Assembly (NCBI GenBank): GCA_973895155.1
Contig: OZ316894.1
Coordinates: 8,146,234 to 8,210,233, forward strand
Origin: Marsupella aquatica
Taxonomy: Eukaryota > Plantae > Marchantiophyta
Reading direction: 5' to 3'
Length of the DNA: 64,000 bases
A model generated the notes under the pieces. It was not told the DNA's origin and made no database searches. It saw only the letters and a list, made by a program, of their open reading frames with translations. Within the stretch, counting starts at the first letter, position 1. Each line of letters starts with the position of its first letter. Of the stretch, positions 52,601-64,000 are shown piece after piece. The translations under genes were made by a program, and so were the position numbers.

Positions 52601-55600
52601 GCCCTGTAAGCACGAAAGTACAAATTAAGCACACTTCAAAATTTAGTATCTTTCTTGTGCTTAACTCCTTGTTATGAATAGATTGAACGTTTCCAAGGCC
52701 GGACACTGTGAAGTTATGAGCAAGGAGGTGAGGTCCATGAAGGGTGATAGGTTGCTAGAGCTTACAGTCATAGATTGTGTACTGTTATACTTTCAGGCCT
52801 AGCGAGCCTTTATGTCTCGAAGAAATCAGATCCTTGGGCTATCATTGGTGGTGTCATTGGAGGCTTCGCAGCTTTGGCTTCTTTCGGTTGCTTGGCAGCC
52901 GTATGGAGATTAAGAAAACAGACTTCTTCTCTTAAGGAGATCCAAGAAGGTGAGGGGATCCAACTTTTCGTCGCTTTGGCCCCAATGTTATGTTTGATTG
53001 TACTGGTATTCATGGTGGGTGTTGAATTGGCGAGAGATCTCTTTACTCTCACAATTACTGACAAATTTGAGAACCTGTGCGCACATGATGGTCAAGTTGT
53101 AAGCAAAGTTGAACAAACGCAGACTGTTTTTAAAAGGCACGTCAAGTAGATATGCTCATCAAATAACGAGCTGTAATATGATGACGATGACCTTCGTGAT
53201 TAGAATTTTAACTTACAGAAATTTTATTCTTTCGTTCGTTGCCTGCGCTTTCCAGCTTTGGCGAGACAGAAAGTACAGCCACCGTTCTATTCGTATACCG
53301 ACCTGCGAGCAGCTACAAATGATTTCTCCTCCGCAAATAAATTGGGACAAGGAACTTTTGGTGCTGTTTACAAGGTAAGTATTGGATCTCGCTGCTGTCT
53401 GAATGATCGAACATATTCCTGAACTCTTTTCTGTGCTCATTCGCTGAAGACTCGGAAAATTCATCCCAAATCTACGAGTTTTCTGTTGCCGTATTTTGTC
53501 GGGATGGGTAACTGTTTTTTCGGGATGGGTTCCTCAATTGACTGAAGAGATAAAAGTGCATATATCAACTAAAACAATCAATGATTGAAATGTACCTTTA
53601 TTCTATGAATTCACGGATTACTATTAATTAAGAAAACGATTTATTTTGAGCACCCTGTTGCTGGAACTGTGGCGAGTGCATTTATTTAAGGGAGATTACT
53701 GACGTTTATTTATTTTCTTTGAACATTGATCATGCGACCCCAGAGGTGTATTAATCCGTCTGTCTTGATTAAAAACTGCACTAGCTCCCCAATACAGTTC
53801 TATTAATTTTTTAGAGCGGTATCCAGCAGAAAACTAGACGTCGTAGAAGGATGAAAGCAGATGACGCACTGATAATGAGTTCCGGAAAGTTAATTAATTA
53901 TATACTCGCCGGGCACTAAGCCAAAGCTTAACTTCTCAAGATTAATCCAAATTGTGCAGCTGTCTCACTAATAGGTGGACACTTGAAGAGTGATCTTTTA
54001 TCAGTTCTCAAAAATCAAGTGAGAATGGTTCTCTTCTGAACAAGAGCTCACATAAACTGCCAAGTATTTGATCGATGGATAGGAGAGCTACTCTAGTCCA
54101 CATGCACGACTATCTGCTCTGATGATTATGACATATTACTAATATGCATAGTCTGTGAATGATCAACGCAGGGAACATTATTAGATAATGGAGATGGAAG
54201 GCAAGAGCTTGTGGCTGTCAAGACGCTGTACCCGTCGAAGCAAGCACTGACAGAATTTCTGAATGAAGCAGTCCTGATCACCGGGATAAAGCACCGAAAC
54301 CTGGTCCAGCTGAAAGGCTGCTGCATTCACAGAGAGGACCAACGAATGCTGGTGTACGAGTACGCTGAGAATGGCAACCTAGCGGAAGCACTATGGGGTA
54401 CGGGACCTACACCTCACTCGATTCTCATGCATTCTGTCATTCAAGTTCATAGTTTCTGAGGACCATTATGAATATGGTTGACAGATCGTAGAGATATATA
54501 ATGATCTACAGGAACACGATCGGGTACATTAATTGCTCCAAAAGTATTGCAGACTGTTAATTTAGTCAACTGACCCAGTGACCGATCGACCTGACGGATA
54601 CTGTTCCCAACGAGGCAAATTTGTCGGTTTTCTAGGCTAGAAGTCTGCGTACATGTGTATTGACATGACTCGCATTTACTTGCGTCAAGGGAAAATAGAT
54701 AAACCGAGCTGTAAGAATCGTACGGAACCAGTGCGACCCACTCTAGACTGGCAGCAGCGGTTGAATATCTGTGTGGGAATTGCACGAGGTCTCTCGTATC
54801 TCCACGAAGAGCTCCAACCTCGGATCATTCACAGAGACATAAAACCTTACAACATTCTCATGGGCAACAATTTCAATCCCAAGATTGCGGACTTCGGACT
54901 GGCCCGCTCTATGTTAGAGGGACAAGCTCAAGCCGACTTCACGTCCGTCGCTGGAACTAAGTATTTTGCTTCCTCCCCGTCATGCATGGCAACTTCTATC
55001 ATCATTACCTTAGACTGCATACCTTACCTGTTTGGACATCAAGTCAGCCAATTAAACTCTGCTTAAGCTTGTGCAATGTTTCAATGCTGGAGCTAGAGCT
55101 AGAGTTGTGCAAGTCTGTGACACTTACATATAGAATATCTTACTGACAGGGGTTACTTTTCTCCCGAGTATGCAACTCAAGGCCAGCTCACTGAAAAGGC
55201 TGATGTTTTCAGTTTTGGAGTTGTCTTATTGGAAATCGTGAGTGCTAGAAAATGCATCGACCTTAGCTTACCGAGTGAAAAACAGTTCCTTCAAGCTTGG
55301 GTAAGTTCATTGTCTACCTTGAATTGACTCCTGCATCAGTAGATTCATTCTGACCCACCCGCTCTTCTATGTTAAGTATGTTTCGTCTGAATAAGTGACA
55401 TGAGAAACCAGCTCAGTCGGAGAACTTCGGTATGATATATGGGTCCAAGATTGCTCACGATATATACCGTCATGTGGAGATGTTTGTGGTTGGGAATTAA
55501 GCTGGTTTATAATTCAGAGGGACGATTGCGTTTGGGACCTGCCATGCGACGTGTTCTGGATCCTAAATTAAGTGCCATATAATGTTCTGACATTTAGAGA

Positions 55601-56171
55601 GTTCCTTTTGATGACTCTTAAATGCATCGCTCATTTATATTGTGTGGTGTTATTCACGCAACCCTATGCACATGTAAGCGAGGTCATCATTGAGCTCAAA
55701 TACAATTTGTATGATCCCCTTAGAAAGACTGACCGACCGGAGGCTGAAGAATTGGAATTCTGGTAATTGACGGTTGTGGCACACGTGCTGCAGGCTAGAT
55801 ACTTGAAGGAAAACGGGAAACTCATTGATCTGCTTGATCCTTCCGTGCGAGACAGCGCTAATCATGAAGAAGTCATTCGAGTGATCAATCTGGCGTTTTT
55901 GTGTCTCGACTTCTACCCAGAAAAGCGGCCAACTATGTCTGAGGCAGTGACCATGCTTCAAGGAATAGTGGACGTTCCGCTCTGCAAACCAGAATCTGCA
56001 GCGTCTATCGAGGAGGAGGCAACTTTCCGACGAAGTAATAAGAGTTACAACTACATGAAATTGCCGAATTTTTCGGATCAAAGTGAAGCGAATGTCTCGG
56101 ACAGCTTCGTGATGAGTGCTACCTCAAGCAACGATAATAATCTAGAGTTGAGCAAGCTCTCTGCCAGATAG
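46627..56171 (+). CDS. Malectin-like domain / LRR receptor-like Ser/Thr kinase, paralogue 2 (about 16 exons)
   Basis: Signal peptide [19 protein letters not shown]; [31 protein letters not shown]; LRR exons; [25 protein letters not shown]; kinase [32 protein letters not shown]. Ends LELSKLSAR like paralogue 1 (LELTRLSAR), with matching intron positions. Confidence 0.92.
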
Positions 56172-56426
56172 CTACTTCAAGCTATAATTCTACACACAAA
56201 ACCCGGAGTAATGTCTATCTGGTAGTGATTTGATAGCTGGACATACATTGCACACACAACTCCAGCAAGAAATCAACTTTTTATGAAGGCTGGTACAATT
56301 AAGCTGGCCCGGTTTCCCAATTCATGGGCACATTATAGCGAGTCCCTGTACAATGCACGGTACGTCTCTGAGTAACTTCTCAGGAAAGTAAAGTTCAAAT
56401 CACTATTTTCCCAAGAACCTGTATAG

Positions 56427-56561
56427 TGTTGCAAACCATATACTCCAACAATGTAATGAATCTTATTCATGTGTCCAATATATATACATGAGGTAGTTGA
56501 GTTAGATCTTGGTTAGATCTTAACTCGGGTTAAGATATCTAATCCTAGTTAGGGTATAACA
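56427..56561 (-). repeat. Putative short 3' LTR (135 bp) of the Copia element
   Basis: Minus strand TGTTA...CAACA preceded by PPT AAGGGGGAG (56562-56570). No second LTR is available to confirm it. Confidence 0.65.
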
Positions 56562-56928
56562 CTCCCCCTTGGGTGTTATAGTTTTTGATGAAATTATAAC
56601 AACCAATCTAAGTTGCTATCAGTTAGATATCTTCTACCTATGTTATATTGTGAGATGATGGAGGTGCAACCTCATTAAAACCTTCCCTACTAACATCATG
56701 GAAGGAAAGAGTATTGCCACCTTCCATCTCTTTTGTATGATCTATTTTGTATGTATGTAAGATCTAGAGTACAATACTGGTTTAATTGTGTTTTCTATGT
56801 TGTTAAGCTCCATAGAGGTTGTTGTCTCCATTGTCTTCATTGTAGTGTATGTGAGTTATTGATGTTCTTGAGAATGTCTTGATCTCCTTTGTGGTAGTAT
56901 TGATGGTTTGCTTCTTCATAGTAAGTAG

Positions 56929-59900
56929 TCATTCATCTTCAATAGTGTTGTTGTAGAAAAATCCATTCTCCCCCTCAATGTTAGAATCCTGCATCAGTTT
57001 CTTAAGACTTCGCATCCCTAAGAGGTGAGTTAGTGTTCTATGAGTAGATGGGGGTAGAGATTTTGTTAGGATGTCAGCCAGGTTCTTGTCTCCTGAAATC
57101 CATTGTATGTCGATGTCTTTTCCTTGTTGTTCATGTGAGAAAAAGAACTTGGGTGCAATATGTTTTGTGCGTTCACCTTTTATAAATCCTGATTTGATTT
57201 GAGTGATGCATGACATATTGTCTTCAAATATAGTTGTAGGCATGGTTAAGCGTTGTTTACCTGTTTGAATAAGAATATGGTCTAGTACTTGCCGTAGCCA
57301 TAAACATTCTCTAGTAGCCTCATAAAGGGCAATAATTTCTGAATGATTTGAAGAAGTTGTTGCAAGTGTTTGCTTAGTACTTCTCCAAGATATTGGTGTT
57401 GATCCCATTAAGAATATATATCCTGTTTGAGATCTACCGTCATGTGGATCAGAAAGGTATCCTGCGTCAACATATCCTGTCAACTTATGGTTATCCTCAT
57501 TAGGAAAATATAGGCCGAGGTCGGATGTACCATTAAGGTATCTGAAAATTCGTTTACCCCGTTCCAATGTCTTATAGTGGGCTGAGAACTATGTCTCGCC
57601 AGTAGGTTGACAGAAAATGCTATGTCTGGTCTTGTTTGATTAGATAAAAACATAAGAGCACCGATAGCCGAAAGGTATGGCATATCTGAACCTAATATAG
57701 GTTCGAATTCTTCTCTTTTTCTAAACATATCCTTATCCTTATCAAGGGTACGGATGTCCATGGGGGATTTAACAGGCTTCAACATATTCATTCTGAATTG
57801 TTGTAATATTTTCTTTGTGTAAGTAGTTTGGTGTAAAAGAATGCCTTTTTTCCAAATGTTCAAATTGTAGTCCAATGCAATAAGAAGTTCTGCCCATGTC
57901 TCTCATTTCAAATACGCTTTTTAGCGTTTGCATTGACTCGTTCATCATCTTTTTCGTACCAAGGAGGTTGAGGTCATCAACATATATAGCGATGATTATG
58001 AATTCAGGTCCTTCATGCTTTATAAATAAGCAAGGAGCTATTTCGGAATTCTTATATCCCATGGATATCATTTGATTTTTAAATCTTTGGTACCATGTAC
58101 GTCCACTCTGTTTGAGTCCATAAATGGAACTAAGGACTTGAACTGCATACCGAGTCTTTGCTCCGGTTGCCTTATGGTCCTTTCTAGGTTCTTTTAATGC
58201 AATTGCTTTAGAAGCATTGTGGAGTACCAATTTGTTCATATAGTCAAATGATTTTGCACTTTAATTTATCATTGTGCATATGTGGATTATGTTTTGAATT
58301 TGCATGGAAGTTTACTCTCTCAATGAGTTCAGGCGGGGCTTCCATATAAATCACGTTGTCTAGTTTACCATAAAGGTAAGTAGTAACAACGTCCATTTGG
58401 TGCATTAACAGGTTGTTGTTTATGGCAAATGCTATCAAATAGCGGTATGTGGTGACGTCCATGACCGGTGAGTATGTCAGGTCATAGTCAGTTCCATAAA
58501 CTTGTGTGTAGCCTTTAGCAACCAGCCTAGCTTTATATCTTACTATTTCTCCATGTGAGTTTCGCTTTTTAACAAATGTCATCCTATATCCCGTGAGGTG
58601 TTGGTCTGGGGAAGCTACTGTTATAGGTCCAAAGACTTTTCTAGATATCAAGGAGTCTAATTCGGAGTTCATGGCCTTTTGCCATTTGCTCCAATCTATT
58701 TGTTTTTGTGCTTCGGTCACTGATTTGGGATCTGGTAGGTTGTTAATATCATTTGCAACATGAAGAGCAAATGTGGGATCAGGGTTGATCATCATTCTAT
58801 CTAATATGTGACCAGTGGAGTTATAGTTAATGGCTATCTCTGGTTGGGGTGGTGGCCTAGTATGGTTGGTTGGTGTAGGTGGTCTACGTTTGTTTCTAGG
58901 TTGTTTGTCAACTGCCCCTAGTGGTCTACCTCTTTTGAGTTGTGGGTGTGTGTCAGAGGATAGTCTCTGATCTTGTATGCGGGATGGTGTATTAGCCGCT
59001 GGTATATGGGATTTAGTTACGTTGGTAGCATCAGTAAATGAGTCGGGTAAGGACTCCATGATCTTGGTTAATTGAAGTATCCTATTGACTTCTAGTTCAG
59101 TTTGGTTAGTTCGAGGATCTGGGCAAAGTGCCGGGGAAGCTTGCCATGTGAGTGTTTTGGTGTATGACTTATGTTTTCCCTCTTGCGTGTTAATGGTTGG
59201 GAAAATGTGTTCATAGAAATGGCAATCGCTAAAACGGGCTTTGAATATGTCAGTGGTTGTAGGTTCCATGTATCGTATGATAGATGTTGAGTCAAATCCT
59301 ACATAGATGCCTTTCCTCCGTTGTGGTCCCATTTTGGTTCTATTAGGACCTAGTATGGGGACGAGGACTTGGCATCCAAATATTCTTAGGTGTGAGATGT
59401 TTGGTGGTTGCCCGAAAGCTAGGTGATAAGGTGTGTTGCTGTTAAAGGCTGATGGTCTATACGGGAGTAGGGTTGCAGCATGTAATACTGCATGGTCCCA
59501 TGCTGATGTTGGGAGTGATGATTGCATTAATAGTGGTCTAGCAATCAGATGTATGCGTTTAATAAGTGACTCCGCTAGTCCATTCTGGAAGTGGACATGA
59601 GGTACATTATGTTGGGAGTCAATGCCATTTATTGTGCAAAATTCGTCAAAGGTTCTAGAAGTGAATTCACCAGCTCCATTGGTTCTAAGGGTTCTAATTG
59701 GATTTTCAGGGAATTGTGATCTTAGTCTTAGGATGTGTGTAAGGATTCTTGGGAAGACTAGGTTTCGGGTTGATAATAAGGATACTCTGGACCACTTAGA
59801 ACTGGCGTCTATCACTACCAAGAAGTATCGAAATGGTCCACTTGGTGGGTCTATTGGTCCACATACGTCCGCATGGAGTCTCTCAAGGAATGCGGGGATA

Positions 59901-59938
59901 TGGTTTTCGGTTTTTGGGATGGAGGGGGCTGTAATCAT
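56929..59938 (-). pseudogene. Copia pol remnant (IN-RT-RH) broken by frameshifts
   Basis: Four consecutive ORF fragments: 58244-59938, 57769-58239, 57480-57875, 56929-57567. Confidence 0.92.
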
Positions 59939-61211
59939 CTTGCCCTGGGAGCAGGCGATGCATGGTTTTTGGAATGACCTTGGGTGACAGGTCTTTGGTA
60001 TTCCTGTTGAAACCCTTATTTAGATAAAAGTGGAATTTTCAATTCCAGAAATGCTTAAATGAAGTTTTACAAAGATATTACTGATTTATTTAATTCATTT
60101 AAATAAATAAATAAATAAATTTAAACCACCACGGGCCATATATAAGGGGGAAGTGTCCAAGACTTCCATTTTCCCCCATTGTATTAACTCTTTTCCTCTA
60201 GTTTGAAAGTATGGTATGCTCCAGGACATCAGCAAAAACCTGATGGATCCAAGTTCAGTCACATGTGATAGGAACAATTTAAACAAAGTAAACCAAATTG
60301 AGTGTTTAACTTGAATCTACTCCTTTCATAAATGTTAGACTCTTTGCATGGCCTCTGCAAAGCCTCGGGTCTTGGTAGAAAACATACTAGATTACTTAGA
60401 GTAAAAGAATTAGTTAGTCAGGAACATCTTAGGTGGGTCACACGCTTGGACACTTTTCTTTTGGATTGTGTCTTTCCTTGCTTGCATGGACCGCATCTTT
60501 TTTTGTCCTTGCTCATTGGGGCTCTCTCTCAGTCTCATAGGTTTGCATTTTGCTGCCTCTGTCTTTTGTTGCCCTGTTGGGCCCCCCTTCCCATGGGTTT
60601 TTGCGGGTTTTATTCCCCCCCCCCCCCCCTCCCCAAACAAAAAAAGAAGTAAATCAAATTAAGTGTCAAAACATACAATAAACCATGGTTCGTATTCTAA
60701 TTTGTTGGTGAAATGCATATTCAATGCAATACACTGATAGTGAGTAAACAAAAAGTTTTCATTTAAATTGGTATCTACTGAATTTGAGAATTAATATTGG
60801 CTATAATACTCAATAAGTCCCAAGGGCCTAAAAGAAACTTAAGCCAAATTTTTTGCATTTAACACTAGTAGATCTCTACAAAATGACAAGTTTTATACTA
60901 TGTGTATCTATTTTCGCATCAGACACTATGAATATAAAGACTGAATTTACAAGTATTATCGGGTGCTGCCAAAACTGAGTTCAAGAATAGAATTTTTGCT
61001 CTACAAGTAGACATTTTGGCATTCGACATTATGAAGTAAAATGAACATTACAAGTAATCATTCATGAATATATAATGCAGTAATCAATCATTTCAATTTT
61101 TCACGTAAATAATGTAACTTTTATTATCCAAAAAGAATACATTTGAATATATTCTAAACACTACACCACACAAGCTGTGGTTTCTTTTACTACATTTCTA
61201 TTGATACTGTC

Positions 61212-63907
61212 TCATACTTCAGACCAAGTAGGATAGTGATATTTAATAAACTTATGCGCTGTCTGACCAGAATCTTCTAGATTACGTAAATATGGAATAA
61301 GTGTGCCTCTAAGAAAATTGTCTTTACAATTACCATAATACGGCTTGGGATACAGCCTTGAATACATTGGATTTACACTATCAAATGATGGATAACACTC
61401 TAAAAATATAACATTTTGTCTTTGATATTGTGGATAAATATCATTGATCTGTTTCATGTCCATCAAAGTTGATGTAAGATAATTAAGACCAGAAAAACTC
61501 AAAGCTTTATCTGTGAGTATTGGATCCATTTGATCAGCCAGTTCGCATGTGTCAGTGAGTGCCCAAAGAACCACATCAAAAGTTGAAGTGCAAAATTCAA
61601 GAAATTCTTGTACATATGTCTCGGAAAGATCATTTTGTTATAAACTCGGAAAGATGATGTCTTTCTTCAAATGACGAGAGACCCCAGTTGTGTAAATGAG
61701 GAACTTGTTGATACTTATGACAAGTAATTTCCTGAATAATTTTTCAACTCTCACCTGTACACAACACACACAGATGAGATTTAGAATAGTACCCAAAAAT
61801 ATGTCATAAATTAACTATGCACCATGGTTCATTCTACAAATAAGTGTGATAAGTAGTCCAAAATGTACCCTGATTATTAAACACATGGAATCTCCTTGAA
61901 TGATTTCTATCTCCATGATCACGAATATACTGAGTGTTGATCCATATTTGGAAGTGTTCCCTCCAATCTTGTTGCAATGACTTTTGCAACCATAATGGGT
62001 AAGTTTCCTTGATACTATACACTATTCACATCCATAATGACCAATTTGCTGGTTTGGGCTCAGATTGTACCTAAACAATCAAACAATTTATAGCACTATG
62101 AAAAACATTATACATTTTAAGTATAGTCAAAATAAAATCATTACTTCTTGTTGCGCAAAATCTGCTGAGGTGTCTTCTTCACCTTTGGCAGCATAGTAAC
62201 TTTTTCTATCACCGAGGGTCTCTTTGAATCCCGTCGAGTGGCACGACCTGGAATGACCTTGGAACCAGTCTTAGGAAGCTCCATTCTTGTTGCCAGAGTC
62301 GTTTGTGAACAATCTCCATGAGAAGTTGAAACTAATGGGATCCCCAAAAAAGGAGGTGGTAATTCATTCAATCCATCAGCGTAGGCTGCAGCAGATGCTT
62401 CCTCTTCCCAAGGCGCAATTTTTCCCACCTCCGGTATGTCTTGATCTTCAAGGTTAGTGGCTTGTTGGATCCAAGGATGTTCTTCACTATCTACCAACAA
62501 ATCACTCTCATTTGTTTTAGGGTCCATCGATGTGTGAGACACCTTTGGTTTTTCGGCCAAAATCATAACAGGATCCACTTGTGCATTGATTTCAACATTT
62601 CTTGTCTCTAGAGGATCCATTTGCTCCCTTGCTAGGTTGCTGTCAACATTTCTTGGCTTTGTCAATGTGAAAGGCTCATCCAAAATATTAGCCTCAACCA
62701 CTAGAGGATCCATCTGCTCCCTTGCTAGGTTATTGTTAGCATTTATTGGCTCTGTTGATGTGGGACGCACATCCAAAATGTTAGTCTCAACCACTAGAGG
62801 ATCCATCTGCTCCCTTGCTAGGTTGTTGTTAGCATTTCTTGACTCTGTCGATGTGGGAGGCACGTCCAAAATGTTAGTTTCAACCATTGAAGGATCCATT
62901 TTCTTCTCCACTGGATCACCATCAACATTTACTTGCTCTGTCGATATGGGAGACGTGCCCAAAATGTTAGTTTCAACCAGTAAAGGATCCATCTGCTCCA
63001 CCATTGGATTCACGACCAAAGCATTGTCTCTTATTGTTTCCTCGTTTGGAATGAAAGAATCATCTCTCTTCACACCCAAATCTTGGATGATTGCTTGTTC
63101 ATAATCACTTTGATAAACTGCACATGTATCTAGGGTAGCATCATTAAGATTAGACACGGGTGTATCTATAGAGTTAGTGATAGGGTTGGAGATTAGTTGA
63201 TACTCCTTCATCCAAGTCCATTTGTTAATAGTGCTTTTAGGTTCACTTTGAATGGCAAAAACATCAATAGGAGGATCTCCAACCATTTCACATACTTCTG
63301 TTGCATAATAGACATTATCTTGTAAATTAGTGATTTGTTCAGGGGTTTCCAAACCGGAGCGATGAGTCAAAGCTTCATGCCAATATGCTCTTGCTTTCCA
63401 CCCATGAAATTGAGCTTCGCTTCGAAAGAACTCATCCCAATCTATTGTAGAAATGTGATCTGGGCAACTGGTTTCCTGATCAGGAATATAATTTTCCCAC
63501 ACAAATTTGCGGACAATCATTCTTCGCTCATTTTTACTTTTGGTTTCATCAAATGCCACTTCATTTTTGTTTCTTTGATTTGATTCTTGCACCCCAGCAC
63601 GGCTACAATTTGATTGGATATTTTTAACATTCTTTGCATTTAGATTTGAGGTAGGGCATCTTCCTTTGGTCATTGAAACTCCTTGTTCCTCGACATTGAG
63701 CTCTGGTTCGGTTTGGAAAGCCCTGAACGAGTCAAGAATTTCCATTGAATCATTTGGTGATTCCACGTGATCCAACTTTAGTGGCTGCCAAGCATTCGGG
63801 GAATCAATGTTATCCTCTTCGTCCTCATCCTTGTTCTCGTCCTCAATAGAATTGGTTTTATCTCCTACAACGAAAACAACAAACAATAGATAAATATGGT
63901 GAACCAA
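61212..63907 (-). pseudogene. Multi-exon gene with 31-aa tandem repeats and a degenerate C-terminal FCP1/NIF-like HAD domain; 5' end probably outside the window
   Basis: Last exon (61754-61212): RKLLVISINKFLI..YVQEFLEFCTSTFDVVLW..NVIFLE..NPMYSRLYPKPYYG..DNFLRGTLIPYLRNL. In-frame TAA at 61638-61640. Large upstream exon 62141-~63865. Confidence 0.6.
62570..63005 (-). repeat. Coding tandem repeat, 93-bp (31-aa) unit, about 5 copies
   Basis: REQMDPLVVETNILDVxPTSTExxNANNNLA repeats in ORF 62141-63907. Confidence 0.9.
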
Positions 63908-64000
63908 TAAACTTCTAATTATTTTTATTTATTAAATATTGCTATTAGTTTGCTTTGCCTAATTTCAATGACTACATGATGTATTAGACAAGTGTTTTCT

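Larger units (their letters stand above)
56427..60010 (-). mobile_element. 5'-truncated Ty1/Copia retrotransposon, Bianca-like
   Basis: IN FLERLHADVCGPIDPPSGPFRYFLVVIDASSKWS; RT RYKARLVAKG, YGLKQSGRTWY, YVDDL; RNase H GYVDAGY..SQTGY, FEDN, NLADILTK; order IN-RT-RH. Gag and the 5' LTR are missing. Confidence 0.92.

Overview
Eukaryotic, land-plant genomic DNA. A bryophyte is plausible from the RLK architecture and TE content, but that is inference. Two apparently intact, intron-rich tandem paralogues of a malectin-like/GDPC/LRR receptor kinase (3519-11720 and 46627-56171, +) are separated by about 35 kb of transposons. The most unusual element is a 9.8-kb Ty3/Gypsy-type retrotransposon (15695-25495, TSD AGTC). 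Its Pol carries a DNMT3-like cytosine methyltransferase between protease and RT and a PHD finger after the DDE integrase. It has no ordinary LTR pair but split repeats A-[internal]-B-gc-A-B, equal to a 2-LTR circle opened at an internal palindrome, and a 14-nt self-complementary primer site instead of a tRNA PBS. Next to it is a complete 13.4-kb CACTA element (26035-39386, 31-bp TIRs, TSD AAT) with two open cargo ORFs: an EDM2-like PHD-finger module and tandem Pol-lambda-like BRCT domains. Also present are a Tc1/mariner-like MITE, a 5'-truncated Bianca-like Ty1/Copia element, a disrupted FCP1/NIF-like gene with 31-aa repeats, and several tandem repeats. All family assignments come from motif recognition, not database searches.
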